From Microcystis aeruginosa NIES-2549 (GTDB lineage: Bacteria > Cyanobacteriota > Cyanobacteriia > Cyanobacteriales > Microcystaceae): a DNA stretch of 32,000 bases. The stretch covers positions 1,290,001-1,322,000 of the forward strand of contig NZ_CP011304.1 in NCBI RefSeq assembly GCF_000981785.2, given 5' to 3'. Position 1 is the stretch's first letter. Every line of letters begins with the position of its first letter. Below the pieces are notes generated by a model, which searched no databases, was not told where the DNA came from, and saw nothing but the letters and a program-made list of their open reading frames with translations. Both the position numbers and the translations under genes were made by a program. Positions 14,945 through 23,997 of this stretch are shown here, piece by piece.

Positions 14945-15928
14945 ATGGCAGAAACCCTATTATTTAATGCTTTGCGACAGGCGATCGATGAGGAAATGGG
15001 CCGGGACCAGACAGTATTTGTTTTGGGTGAAGATGTGGGTCATTACGGTGGTTCCTACAAAGTTACCAAAGATCTCTACAAAAAATATGGCGATTTAAGG
15101 GTTTTAGATACTCCCATCGCTGAAAATAGTTTTACGGGCATGGCAGTGGGGGCAGCCATGACGGGATTACGTCCGATTATTGAAGGCATGAATATGGGTT
15201 TTCTTCTGCTTGCCTTTAACCAAATTGCCAACAATGCCGGGATGTTACGTTATACTTCCGGCGGTAATTTTAAAATCCCCATGGTTATCCGCGGTCCGGG
15301 GGGTGTGGGGAGACAATTAGGGGCGGAACATTCCCAACGTTTAGAGGCCTATTTTCACGCGGTACCCGGTCTAAAAATTGTCGCTTGTTCTACTCCCTAC
15401 AATGCCAAAGGTTTATTAAAATCGGCGATTAGAGATAATAACCCCGTGCTTTTCTTTGAACACGTTCTTCTCTATAATCTCAAGGAAAATTTACCTGATA
15501 GCGAGTATCTTTTACCCCTCGATAAAGCGGAAATCGTTCGCAAGGGAGAAGATATAACTATTCTCACCTATTCGCGGATGCGTCATCACTGTTTACAGGC
15601 ATTAAAACAGTTAGAAAAAGATGGCTACGATCCAGAAATTATCGATTTAATTTCCCTGAAACCCTTTGATATGGAGACGATTGCCGCTTCGATTCGCAAG
15701 ACTCACAGGGTGATTATCGTGGAAGAATGTATGAAAACTGCGGGAATTGCTTCCGAGTTAATTGCTTTAATTAACGAGCAGTTATTCGATGAATTAGATG
15801 CCCCCGTGTTAAGATTATCTTCCCAAGATATCCCCACACCTTATAACGGTAATCTAGAAAGATTGACGATTATTCAACCTAATCAAATTGTCGAAGCTGT
15901 CCAAAAAATGGTCGGTGATCGCATTTAA
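14945..15928 (+). CDS. pdhB: Pyruvate dehydrogenase E1 component, beta subunit
   Basis: ..[21 protein letters not shown].. and ..[24 protein letters not shown].. are classical E1-beta motifs. Confidence 0.95.
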   Translation: MAETLLFNALRQAIDEEMGRDQTVFVLGEDVGHYGGSYKVTKDLYKKYGDLRVLDTPIAENSFTGMAVGAAMTGLRPIIEGMNMGFLLLAFNQIANNAGMLRYTSGGNFKIPMVIRGPGGVGRQLGAEHSQRLEAYFHAVPGLKIVACSTPYNAKGLLKSAIRDNNPVLFFEHVLLYNLKENLPDSEYLLPLDKAEIVRKGEDITILTYSRMRHHCLQALKQLEKDGYDPEIIDLISLKPFDMETIAASIRKTHRVIIVEECMKTAGIASELIALINEQLFDELDAPVLRLSSQDIPTPYNGNLERLTIIQPNQIVEAVQKMVGDRI

Positions 15929-15954
15929 AAAATTCTCCTTTTGATACTGAAGTT

Positions 15955-17361
15955 ATGCAGAGACAAAATTGGTTATTGTTACTGATCATCGGCCTGGTTG
16001 TTGCCTCGATCTTCGTCCTGATTAAGTTACCCCTACAATTAGGTTTGGACCTGCGCGGTGGTAGTCAATTAACCATTCAGGTTAAACCCACTGAAACCGT
16101 GACGACCATTCAACCTAATGATTTAAAAGCCGTACAAAATGTGATTGAAAATCGCGTTAATGCCCTCGGTGTTTCTGAATCATTAGTGCAGACTGTGGAC
16201 AGTAAAAATCAGGTAATCGTGCAACTACCAGGGGTTACAAATCCCAAAGAAGCTGAGAGAAACCTAAATGTTCAGGCCCAATTAGAATTTCGTCAGCAAA
16301 AACAAGGTACAGAAGGAGAATTCCGGGCTGAATACTCGATTTTTCAACAAAAAAAGGCGGAATTAACCGCCCTCAAAACCGAGAATAAACCCGAAAATGC
16401 CGCTAAAATTGCCGAACTAGAACAATCTCTGCAAAAATCTAAAGAGGCAATTTTAAATTTATTTGAGTCGGTGGACTTAACCGGAAAAAATCTGCAAAAT
16501 GCCACCATTAGTTCCACCCAAGGCACTAACTGGGAAGTGGCCATTACTTTCGACTCGGAAGGGGGCAATAAATTCGCCGAACTAACTAAAGCGATCGCGG
16601 GTACGGGTCGCAGTATTGGCATTTTCCTCGATAATGAATTAATTAGCGCCCCTGTGGTTGATGTGCAGTTTGCCCAAACCGGAATCACGGGAGGCCGGGC
16701 CGTGATTACTGGTAATTTTACCGCCGAAACTGCCAACGATTTAGCGATTCAATTGCGCGGTGGTTCCCTACCTTTCCCCGTTAAAGTGGAGGAAATTCGC
16801 ACCGTCGGAGCAACTTTAGGCCAGGATAGCATCCGTCGTAGTATCTACGCCGGTTTAGTGGGTTTACTGTTAGTTTTAATCTTCATGGCGGTTTATTACC
16901 GTTTACCCGGGATTATCGCCGATGTTTCCCTGATTATCTATACTATTCTTTCTCTGGGGGCTTTTGCCTTAGTGGGAGTCACCATGACGTTACCCGGTAT
17001 TGCTGGATTTATCCTCAGTATCGGTATGGCAGTTGATGCAAATGTACTGATTTTTGAGCGTACCCGGGAGGAATTAAGGGCGGGAAAATCCCTATTTCGG
17101 GCGGTGGAGTCGGGATTTTATCGGGCTTTTTCCAGTATTCTTGATAGTAATGTCACTACTTTAATCGCCTGTGCTGCCCTATTTTGGTTGGGTTCGGGAT
17201 TAGTCAAGGGTTTTGCTTTAACTTTAGCCATTGGGGTAGCTGTGAGTATGTTTACCGCTTTAACCTGTAGTCGCACTCTCCTGTTAATCACCGTGTTAAA
17301 CGTCCCCAGCGTCCGTCAAAAACCGCAACTTTTCTGCCCCAATTTACCGGTAAACCAGTAG
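15955..17361 (+). CDS. secD: Protein translocase subunit SecD
   Basis: ..LGLDLRGGSQL.., a periplasmic domain and a C-terminal 6-TM region ..GIAGFILSIGMAVDANVLIFER.. Confidence 0.95.
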   Translation: MQRQNWLLLLIIGLVVASIFVLIKLPLQLGLDLRGGSQLTIQVKPTETVTTIQPNDLKAVQNVIENRVNALGVSESLVQTVDSKNQVIVQLPGVTNPKEAERNLNVQAQLEFRQQKQGTEGEFRAEYSIFQQKKAELTALKTENKPENAAKIAELEQSLQKSKEAILNLFESVDLTGKNLQNATISSTQGTNWEVAITFDSEGGNKFAELTKAIAGTGRSIGIFLDNELISAPVVDVQFAQTGITGGRAVITGNFTAETANDLAIQLRGGSLPFPVKVEEIRTVGATLGQDSIRRSIYAGLVGLLLVLIFMAVYYRLPGIIADVSLIIYTILSLGAFALVGVTMTLPGIAGFILSIGMAVDANVLIFERTREELRAGKSLFRAVESGFYRAFSSILDSNVTTLIACAALFWLGSGLVKGFALTLAIGVAVSMFTALTCSRTLLLITVLNVPSVRQKPQLFCPNLPVNQ

Positions 17362-17452
17362 GGTGGGTTAGGCGACGACAAGTTATGCTGTTGACCAATA
17401 ATTTCTGATTCGCCGTAACCCACCGATTACCACTCCCCACTCCCCACTCCCC
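17362..17452 (+). repeat. Long hairpin (17362..17424) followed by a (CACTCCC)x3 heptamer array (17431..17452)
   Basis: GGTGGGTTAGGCG pairs with CGCCGTAACCCACC (one bulge, 36-nt loop). The hairpin starts right after the secD stop and is followed by cactccc cactccc cactccc. Confidence 0.8.
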
Positions 17453-17491
17453 AAATCCCTTTTTTCCTTTGTTCCTTGTTACTTAATCGAT

Positions 17492-18424
17492 ATGGCATTT
17501 AACGTTACAAAACAGCGTAATTTTTGGTGGACAGTCTCGGCCTTGCTGACGATTGGTAGTATTTTGGCCATGGTAATTTCTTGGTTCACTATTCAAGCGC
17601 CTTTACGACCGAGTTTAGATTTTGTTGGTGGCACGAGAATTCAGATAGAATTAGCCTGTGCCAAAAAGAATACCTGTGAGAAACCCTTAACTACTGCCGA
17701 AGTGCAAGCAATTTTAGAAGAGGAAGGATTGGGTAACAGTAGTGTGCAGGTGTTGGATAAATATACTTTATCGGTGCGGACTAAAACCCTAGCAGAAGAA
17801 CAGAGAACAAAATTACTCGACACCTTAAATCAGAAAATTGGCACCTTTGACCCCGAAACCGGTCAAATCGATACCGTCGGGCCCACCATCGGTCAAGAAT
17901 TATTTAGGTCGGGATTTTTAGCTTTATTAGTGTCATTTTTTGGCATTGCCGTCTATCTCAGCTTCCGTTTTCAACGGGATTACGCTTTTTTTGCCATTGT
18001 CGCCCTGCTGCACGACGTTTTGATCACTTTAGGGGTCTTTGCGGTTTTAGGCTTAATTGCGGGGGTAGAAGTGGATAGTTTATTTTTGGTTTCCCTCTTG
18101 ACAATTGTGGGCTTTTCTGTTAACGACACAGTGGTAATTTATGATCGCGTCCGGGAAAATTTTGCTAATACCCCCGAATTATCCGTGGATGAAATTGTCG
18201 ATAATGCGGTGAGTCAAACCCTAACTCGTTCAATTAATACCACCCTGACCACTTTATTGCCTCTGGTGGCGATTTTTCTCTTTGGTGGCACCACCTTAAA
18301 ATATTTTGCCCTAGCTTTAATTATTGGCTTTGTAGCCGGGGCCTATTCGAGTATTTTTATCGCTAGTACCCTACTAGCTTGGTGGCGCGGTCGTTCCCAT
18401 CGACCCACACTCAATTACAGTTAG
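17492..18424 (+). CDS. secF: Protein translocase subunit SecF
   Basis: ..[10 protein letters not shown].. and ..[20 protein letters not shown].. are SecF motifs. Confidence 0.95.
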   Translation: MAFNVTKQRNFWWTVSALLTIGSILAMVISWFTIQAPLRPSLDFVGGTRIQIELACAKKNTCEKPLTTAEVQAILEEEGLGNSSVQVLDKYTLSVRTKTLAEEQRTKLLDTLNQKIGTFDPETGQIDTVGPTIGQELFRSGFLALLVSFFGIAVYLSFRFQRDYAFFAIVALLHDVLITLGVFAVLGLIAGVEVDSLFLVSLLTIVGFSVNDTVVIYDRVRENFANTPELSVDEIVDNAVSQTLTRSINTTLTTLLPLVAIFLFGGTTLKYFALALIIGFVAGAYSSIFIASTLLAWWRGRSHRPTLNYS

Positions 18425-18744
18425 GATGCCATTGGTGAAGAATCAGTCGGTCTTGGATAGGTCGTAATAGTAATTTCAACCTGTTGATTGAGACTACCCA
18501 AAATTGAGATCAAACGGTCAATAGTAAAGCGTCCCAAATTAGCACGGCGAATCTGAACAAATTCACTGTGATTAATTCCAGTTCGCACTTGAGCATCGCG
18601 GGTTGATAAGTCTTCCTTCTCCAGAACCTTGATAATTTCAGCAGCAAGCAGTGCTTTCGCTTGTCGCACGTCCGCATCCACATCGCCAAAATCGCGGTAC
18701 ACATTCCCGCTACCTTGTACCAGTTCAAATTGTTCTTCACTCAT
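18421..18744 (-). CDS. XRE-family helix-turn-helix antitoxin (HigA-like)
   Basis: ..[37 protein letters not shown].. is an HTH. Its ATG overlaps the upstream toxin stop (ATGA at 18741..18744). Confidence 0.75.
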   Translation of the reverse strand: MSEEQFELVQGSGNVYRDFGDVDADVRQAKALLAAEIIKVLEKEDLSTRDAQVRTGINHSEFVQIRRANLGRFTIDRLISILGSLNQQVEITITTYPRPTDSSPMAS

Positions 18745-19085
18745 GAGAGTTCCTCCTTCAATCGCTTGAGCCGTGCTTTGATAACTTCGACTTCTTGCTG
18801 TGGTGTTTTGATCCCTTTTGGGGATTTTTTCTGGAAGGCATGAATCACCCAGATAGCCTCACCTAACTGGACAGCATAAATAGTTCGATAGGCATCCCCC
18901 TTGAAAGGTAGAGCAATCTCGAACACACCAGAACCTATCCCCTTAAAAGGCTTGGTTAGGGATGATTTTGCCCCTTCTGCTGCAATAGTTAAAGCGTCAA
19001 GTACAATTTCTTGGGCTTCCTTGGGAAACTTTTGAAAATCTTTCCGTGCCGCTTTAATCCAAGATATAGGACGGGTATTACGCAT
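18741..19085 (-). CDS. RelE/HigB-superfamily toxin of the phage Gp49-like (DUF891) type
   Basis: 114 aa from ATG 19085: MRNTRPISWIKAARKDFQKFPKEAQ..FEIALPFKGDAYRTIYAVQLGEAIWVIHAFQKKS.. The toxin-first order is typical of HigBA. The track's longer start at 19157 is less likely. Confidence 0.7.
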   Translation of the reverse strand: MRNTRPISWIKAARKDFQKFPKEAQEIVLDALTIAAEGAKSSLTKPFKGIGSGVFEIALPFKGDAYRTIYAVQLGEAIWVIHAFQKKSPKGIKTPQQEVEVIKARLKRLKEELS

Positions 19086-19165
19086 TCGCTTATGGTGATA
19101 TAACTGATACCACCTGTCAAGCCCCATTATACCTGTTGAAGGTTTTGCTTGTGTCAATCAAAGCG

Positions 19166-19199
19166 GCAATCGCCTGATAATATCTGGTAGTGCGATTGC
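19166..19199. promoter_or_regulatory. Perfect 8-bp inverted repeat GCAATCGC-N18-GCGATTGC upstream of the toxin gene (candidate operator or hairpin)
   Basis: Read directly (19166..19173 and 19192..19199). It lies between the stop of ORF 19267..19494 and the toxin start. Confidence 0.3.
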
Positions 19200-19266
19200 T
19201 AATCTTGTAGGTTTGGCCGGTTGTGGGTAAACAATAAATATATTTTCGTCACAGAAAGCTCATGAT

Positions 19267-19494
19267 TCATGGATGATAAGCCGTAATAACCAGACTTCTA
19301 TCGGCACTATAAATTGCTTCAACACGACGAAAACTAGAATGATTCCACCAGACTTTAGTTCTATTTCCCTTGGCTGGAGCAGACCCAACAACGGCATAAC
19401 CAGCATTGAACATCAATTGTTCAAAAACTTCTGCTGGCATTATTTTAGATGAAATGGGAGAAAGACCATCAATTTGATGCTTATCGAGGGTCAT
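19267..19494 (-). CDS. Hypothetical 75-aa protein; the C-terminus faintly resembles RelE/YoeB-type toxins
   Basis: Track ORF overlapping the upstream ORF by 14 nt (ATGACCCTCGATAA). ..FRRVEAIYSADRSLVITAYHP resembles the ..hRLVYxVxDDxLxIxxxRYH end of YoeB/RelE-fold toxins. This is weak and judged by eye only. Confidence 0.4.
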   Translation of the reverse strand: MTLDKHQIDGLSPISSKIMPAEVFEQLMFNAGYAVVGSAPAKGNRTKVWWNHSSFRRVEAIYSADRSLVITAYHP

Positions 19495-19732
19495 AACTCC
19501 CTTTATAGGTTGTAAAAATTTGATAATCAGGTAAAACTAAGCTGATACCGGCAAAACTATGTATTGTTCCTGGATAACTTTCTTCTGCATCACTACCACC
19601 CAATCGCCAACAAAAAGAACCCAACCAAATATAAAAGCCTGGAATCAGTGCGTCCATCGAATAGGCAATATCCTTTAACTGAGGGTTAACTCCGTTTGAT
19701 GATGCCTTTTTTTGGGAAACTTTTATTTTCAT
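19481..19732 (-). CDS. Hypothetical 83-aa protein (no family recognised)
   Basis: Track ORF, apparently translationally coupled to 19267..19494. Confidence 0.4.
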   Translation of the reverse strand: MKIKVSQKKASSNGVNPQLKDIAYSMDALIPGFYIWLGSFCWRLGGSDAEESYPGTIHSFAGISLVLPDYQIFTTYKGSYDPR

Positions 19733-19928
19733 CTATTTTCATTATTTTAAACTTATACTCATTTAAGAACTATACCATATTTTTGTTAGCATTGACGATG
19801 ACAATTATCACAATTCCACACTTAAACCCTTTGGTGCGATCACTTTTGCTAAAAGGACGAGTTATACTAAATCCAAAGATGGCTTTTAGTTGTCAGCTAA
19901 ATTTTTTGACCAATTGGGTCAAATTACT

Positions 19929-20414
19929 TCAAGAGATTTGATTGCGAACGCCACTAAAAGCGGCGTATGCGATCGCTATAGCATCTACAGCATCATTAAT
20001 AGGCATTTTTGTCAATCCGAATAAATACTTAATTTGTTCGGCCACCTCAGCTTTAGTGGCCCTACCATGGCCCAGATGACATTTCCAACTAGCTTGATGG
20101 AGGAAAATCGGTTCAATTCCCCCATCGCGGCAGCTAACCAGATTGATAATTCCCAATGCTTGCAGGACTCCACCGGCTGCCTTGATTTGCCGGTTAAAAA
20201 AGGGCATTTCTACGGCAATTTCCCCCGGTTTATATTCTGCGATTAACTCCTTTAAATCCCGTTCAATTTCGATCAAACGCTGGGCAGTAGAAAGATTTTT
20301 AGAAGTTTCGATCGTGCCGTAATCGACTAAAACCGGCATTAACTCACTATTATCCCGGAGAATAGCCCAACCGACAATCGCTAATCCGGGGTCGATACCC
20401 AACCAAGTAGTCAT
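19929..20414 (-). CDS. ruvC: Crossover junction endodeoxyribonuclease RuvC
   Basis: WLGIDPGLAIVGWAIL.. with the catalytic Asp, then ..IAVEMPFFNRQ.. and ..DAVDAIAIA.. Confidence 0.95.
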   Translation of the reverse strand: MTTWLGIDPGLAIVGWAILRDNSELMPVLVDYGTIETSKNLSTAQRLIEIERDLKELIAEYKPGEIAVEMPFFNRQIKAAGGVLQALGIINLVSCRDGGIEPIFLHQASWKCHLGHGRATKAEVAEQIKYLFGLTKMPINDAVDAIAIAYAAFSGVRNQIS

Positions 20415-20417
20415 AGA

Positions 20418-21521
20418 TTAAGCCAAAAAATCTTGGACGATTTCGAGGATTCTTTGGGATGCTTGTCCATCTCCAAAAGGATTAATGGCATTAGCCATAC
20501 GATCATAGGCGATTTTATCCCTTAATAATTCTCCCGCTGCGGCTAAAATTTGCTCTGGATTAGTACCAATTAATTTCGCTGTTCCCGCTTGTACTGCTTC
20601 CGGTCTTTCCGTGGTTTCTCGCAATACTAAAACTGGTTTTCCTAAACTGGGGGCTTCTTCTTGAATGCCCCCAGAATCAGTTAATAATAAATAACAGCGT
20701 TGAATCGCCCCCACTAACTCGGCATAATCGAGAGGTTCAGTTAAAAATACCCTGGGATGATTGCCCAAAGCGGACTGTATTGGTTCTCGGACGGTGGGAT
20801 TGCGATGGAGGGGTAATAATAGGGCTGTATCGGTATATTTTTCTAACAACAAAGTGAATCCTTTGATAATATCCTGTAAGGGTTCGCCCCAATTTTCCCG
20901 GCGGTGAACCGTGGCTAATAAAACCCGATAATCTGACCAATTTAAGCCCGCAATTTGACATTCTGGCGCGGTTTTGGCTACGGTTAATAAAGCATCAATA
21001 ACTGTATTACCGGTGTGGTGAATATTGCCCGTAACCCCAGATTTTTGTAAATTTTCTACGGCTAAAGTAGTGGGAGCAAAATGTAGGGTCGTCAGTTGAG
21101 AAATTAGGCGACGATTAGCTTCTTCGGGATAGGGATTATAGATATCATTAGTTCTTAATCCTGCCTCTACATGGGCGATAGGAATTTGTTGATAAAAAGC
21201 CGCTAAAGCAGCAGCAAAAGCAGTAGTAGTATCACCTTGCACAATAATTAAATCTGGTTTTATGCGCTCAAAAACTGTTTCTAAACCGCGTAAACTGCGG
21301 CAAGTAATATCAGTTAAGGTTTGACGGGTTTGCATAATATCCAGATTTTCATCTGCTTTTAAAGCAAATAATTCCATCACCTGCGCTACCATTTCTTTAT
21401 GCTGTCCCGTCAGAATTACATGGGTTTGAAACTGTTCCGATTCTTGAAAAGCACGAATAACGGGAGCTAATTTAATCGCTTCGGGACGGGTTCCAAGAGT
21501 AATACAAATTGATTTCGACAT
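20418..21521 (-). CDS. wecB: UDP-N-acetylglucosamine 2-epimerase (non-hydrolysing)
   Basis: ..ITLGTRPEAIKLAPV.., ..VQGDTTTAFAAALAAFY.., ..HVEAGLRT.. and ..LLTDSGGIQEEAPSLGKPVLVLRETTERPE.. Confidence 0.9.
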   Translation of the reverse strand: MSKSICITLGTRPEAIKLAPVIRAFQESEQFQTHVILTGQHKEMVAQVMELFALKADENLDIMQTRQTLTDITCRSLRGLETVFERIKPDLIIVQGDTTTAFAAALAAFYQQIPIAHVEAGLRTNDIYNPYPEEANRRLISQLTTLHFAPTTLAVENLQKSGVTGNIHHTGNTVIDALLTVAKTAPECQIAGLNWSDYRVLLATVHRRENWGEPLQDIIKGFTLLLEKYTDTALLLPLHRNPTVREPIQSALGNHPRVFLTEPLDYAELVGAIQRCYLLLTDSGGIQEEAPSLGKPVLVLRETTERPEAVQAGTAKLIGTNPEQILAAAGELLRDKIAYDRMANAINPFGDGQASQRILEIVQDFLA

Positions 21522-21525
21522 ATTA

Positions 21526-21589
21526 TTATCAGTTATCAGTTATCAGTTATCAGATGGGATTTTTTAGTTCAGCGATTACTGTTCACTGC
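21526..21589 (-). repeat. Heptamer array (gene orientation CTGATAA x4, 21526..21553) plus a CAGTGAACAG core, abutting the wecB ATG
   Basis: The plus strand reads ttatcag x4. The core is actgttcactg at ~21578..21588. Confidence 0.85.
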
Positions 21590-21614
21590 AAATAGCTTGA
21601 ATTGTGCTGTTTTG

Positions 21615-22949
21615 TCATTTTTCACTCCCAGGAGGTTGTTGAACGATAAATTGGGGATAGAGTTGCATTTGCTTGGGATTTAAAGGAGGTCGAGAGATGG
21701 TCAAAACTTTTTGTTTAGCTAACTCTTGAGTCATGGTATCTAAAGTTTGAGCGATACGCAAATTATATTCTAATTGTTCCCCAGAAGAAAGCAGATTACT
21801 TAAGCCATCAATTAAACGTCTTAAATTCTCGCGAAATTGGGGATCACCGATTAACTCATCAATATCCGAGGTGATTTTTTGAGTATTTTCAAAAGTCACC
21901 CTAGCGGATTCGAGAGTTTTTTGCAGCAGGACTATTGTAGCAGGATCGTTAATAGTTTTAGTGATTTCTCGTAAATTATTTGATGTTTCCACCGCATTAT
22001 TCAAAATAGTCTCGATATTTTGCATGACTTGTTTAGTATCAATTTCATCTAAACCAGCATTCAACCTCAGGGCGGTATTATTGAGATTATTAGCGAGACT
22101 ACCAATACCTAAACTAGCTTGATTAATATTATCGAGAGTATTAACAATTTGTCCCCGATTTTCGCTGAGAACAGCATTAAGATTAGCGACTAATTGGGAG
22201 GATTGTTGAAAAGTTCTGCTGATTTGACTGCGGTTTTCCTGAACGGTATTATCTAAAGTATTGACAAAACGGGAGGCATTATTAGCCGTATTAGTGACCG
22301 AGCGACTGGTGGCCGCTAATTCCAAAGATAGACGAGAGATTTCTCTTTGGGCATTACGGATAGTCTGGGAGGTATCATCGGATAAACGGGCGATTTTTTT
22401 GGCCGCTATAGCGGTATTTTTGGTGACATCATTGAGATTGCCCACAAATTCAGGACTGGTAAAAGTATCCACTAAACGACCAACACTAGACATTAATTGT
22501 GTTCCTGTTGTCCCCTGTAAACGAGTATTATTACAGAGAATTAACTGTTGATCACAGTCGGGACCCAGAGGGTCGAGATTTTTGGCCTCAGCACTTAAAG
22601 AAACTAAGGGAGTGATATCGATGGCTGCCTCCCCAATTAATCCGGAAAGATTGGTAGCAACAGTTACCTTCCTAGGCATAACTAAAGTAGCAGAAGAGAT
22701 CTCGGCAATAACCTCCACTTGATTACTCCCCGGGATAAAACTCGTAATTCTTCCCACTCTCACCCCACGAAAACGTACCGGCGCCCCGACTTGTAACCCT
22801 TCCACGTCGGCAAACTCGAAGATTAATTGATAGGTTTTCTGACCAAATCCCCCCCCGCGAACCCAGATAGCGAGCGCCCCAAAGACCAATAATCCGCCTA
22901 GAGCAAACAAACCTAGTCTTCCTTCCCGTAAAGCTCGCGAACTCTGCAT
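21615..22949 (-). CDS. MlaD/MCE-family protein with a long helical C-terminal extension
   Basis: N-terminal TM, then the MCE domain ..FEFADVEGLQVGAPVRFRGVRVGRI.. The remaining ~300 aa are N/S/T/Q/L-rich and helical-looking. Confidence 0.8.
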   Translation of the reverse strand: MQSSRALREGRLGLFALGGLLVFGALAIWVRGGGFGQKTYQLIFEFADVEGLQVGAPVRFRGVRVGRITSFIPGSNQVEVIAEISSATLVMPRKVTVATNLSGLIGEAAIDITPLVSLSAEAKNLDPLGPDCDQQLILCNNTRLQGTTGTQLMSSVGRLVDTFTSPEFVGNLNDVTKNTAIAAKKIARLSDDTSQTIRNAQREISRLSLELAATSRSVTNTANNASRFVNTLDNTVQENRSQISRTFQQSSQLVANLNAVLSENRGQIVNTLDNINQASLGIGSLANNLNNTALRLNAGLDEIDTKQVMQNIETILNNAVETSNNLREITKTINDPATIVLLQKTLESARVTFENTQKITSDIDELIGDPQFRENLRRLIDGLSNLLSSGEQLEYNLRIAQTLDTMTQELAKQKVLTISRPPLNPKQMQLYPQFIVQQPPGSEK

Positions 22950-22995
22950 GATTTTTCTCTCATTCTCGATAGTTCTTAATTTAGCTTAATCTAGC

Positions 22996-23778
22996 TTAAA
23001 CGATTGTCCTAATCGGGCCTTCAATGCTGGCGCTAAAAAATTGCCGGATCATGGGATGATCGGTACGATCGATATCTGCCACTACTCCCTGCCATTGCAC
23101 TTTTCCCTGATAGAGAAATACTACTCGATCGGCGGTGCGTCGGATGGTACTTTGTTGGTGAGAAACCATTACATAAGTGTTCGCAGACCCCGATTTTTCA
23201 TGGAGAGTCCGCACTAGATCCTCGATGATTGTGGAAGCTATCGGGTCTAATCCGGCGGTAGGTTCATCATACAGCAGTAATTCGGGATTATCGGCCGGAT
23301 TATCGGGATTAGTGATAATAGCGCGGGCAAAAGCCACCCGTTTACGCATTCCCCCCGATAGTTCCGAAGGATAAAGGTTACTAATTCCCTGTAACCCGAC
23401 CATTTCCAGGCTTTTTTCCACTAATTCCCTAATTCTGGCTTTTTTTAACTTAGTTTGTTCATAGAGATAAAAACCGACATTTTCCCCGACGGTGAGAGAA
23501 TCAAATAGGGCCGTTTGTTGAAAAACTAAGGAAGTTCGCATCGCTTCCCGACCATCTTCTAGCAATCCCTGACGCAATTGACCTTTAATACGAATTTCTC
23601 CAGCATTTATCCCCGTTAATCCCGCAATTAACCGTAAAACCGTCGATTTTCCCGTTCCCGACGGCCCGATAATTACCAGGGCCTCCCCTCGATAAATGGT
23701 TAAATCTAATCCGTCGAGAATAACATTATCCCCGAATCTTTTCGATACTCCTCTCAATTCAATTAACGGTTCTTTCAT
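22996..23778 (-). CDS. ABC transporter ATP-binding protein (MlaF/TGD3-like)
   Basis: Walker A GPSGTGKST, signature LSGGMRKRVAFARA and Walker B LLLYDEPTAGLD. It is adjacent to the MlaD-like gene. Confidence 0.9.
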   Translation of the reverse strand: MKEPLIELRGVSKRFGDNVILDGLDLTIYRGEALVIIGPSGTGKSTVLRLIAGLTGINAGEIRIKGQLRQGLLEDGREAMRTSLVFQQTALFDSLTVGENVGFYLYEQTKLKKARIRELVEKSLEMVGLQGISNLYPSELSGGMRKRVAFARAIITNPDNPADNPELLLYDEPTAGLDPIASTIIEDLVRTLHEKSGSANTYVMVSHQQSTIRRTADRVVFLYQGKVQWQGVVADIDRTDHPMIRQFFSASIEGPIRTIV

Positions 23779-23813
23779 CGTCGCTTAATTATCTTATAAC
23801 CTCGGGAATTTTA

Positions 23814-23935
23814 GGGAGATGGGGAAGTGGGAAGTATTTTCAGTGAACAGTAAACAGTAATCAGTGAACTGAACTCTGATAACTGATAACTGATAACTGA
23901 TAACTGATAACTGATAACTGATAACTGATAACTGA
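23814..23935 (+). repeat. Composite element: G-rich block (gggagatggggaagtgggaagt), CAGTGAACAG..CAGTGAAC core, and (CTGATAA)x8 (23876..23931)
   Basis: Counted directly. It lies in the divergent region between the ABC ATPase and radical-SAM genes. Confidence 0.9.
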
Positions 23936-23997
23936 CTCGATTCTGGCTGCTATAGTAGAAAAGCACCCATTGCTGACGATATCTGAGGTAGATTGCC

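Noticed and set aside
16344-16736. 130-aa antisense ORF inside secD, with similar cases at 22261..22551 in the MlaD gene, 25481..25774 in the radical-SAM gene and 29642..29884 in pilB
   Set aside because: These are antisense shadow ORFs within strongly supported genes.
19696-19941. 81-aa plus-strand hydrophobic ORF in the AT-rich spacer upstream of the unknown gene pair
   Set aside because: It overlaps both neighbouring genes' ends, and its composition reflects AT-rich DNA (F/I/L/N/K). It is probably not coding, although a small membrane protein cannot be fully excluded.
23876-23935. Possible CRISPR array, also considered for 21526..21553 and 27927..27975
   Set aside because: The period is 7 nt with no spacers. 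CRISPR repeats are ~24-48 nt and separated by unique spacers, and there are no cas genes in the window.
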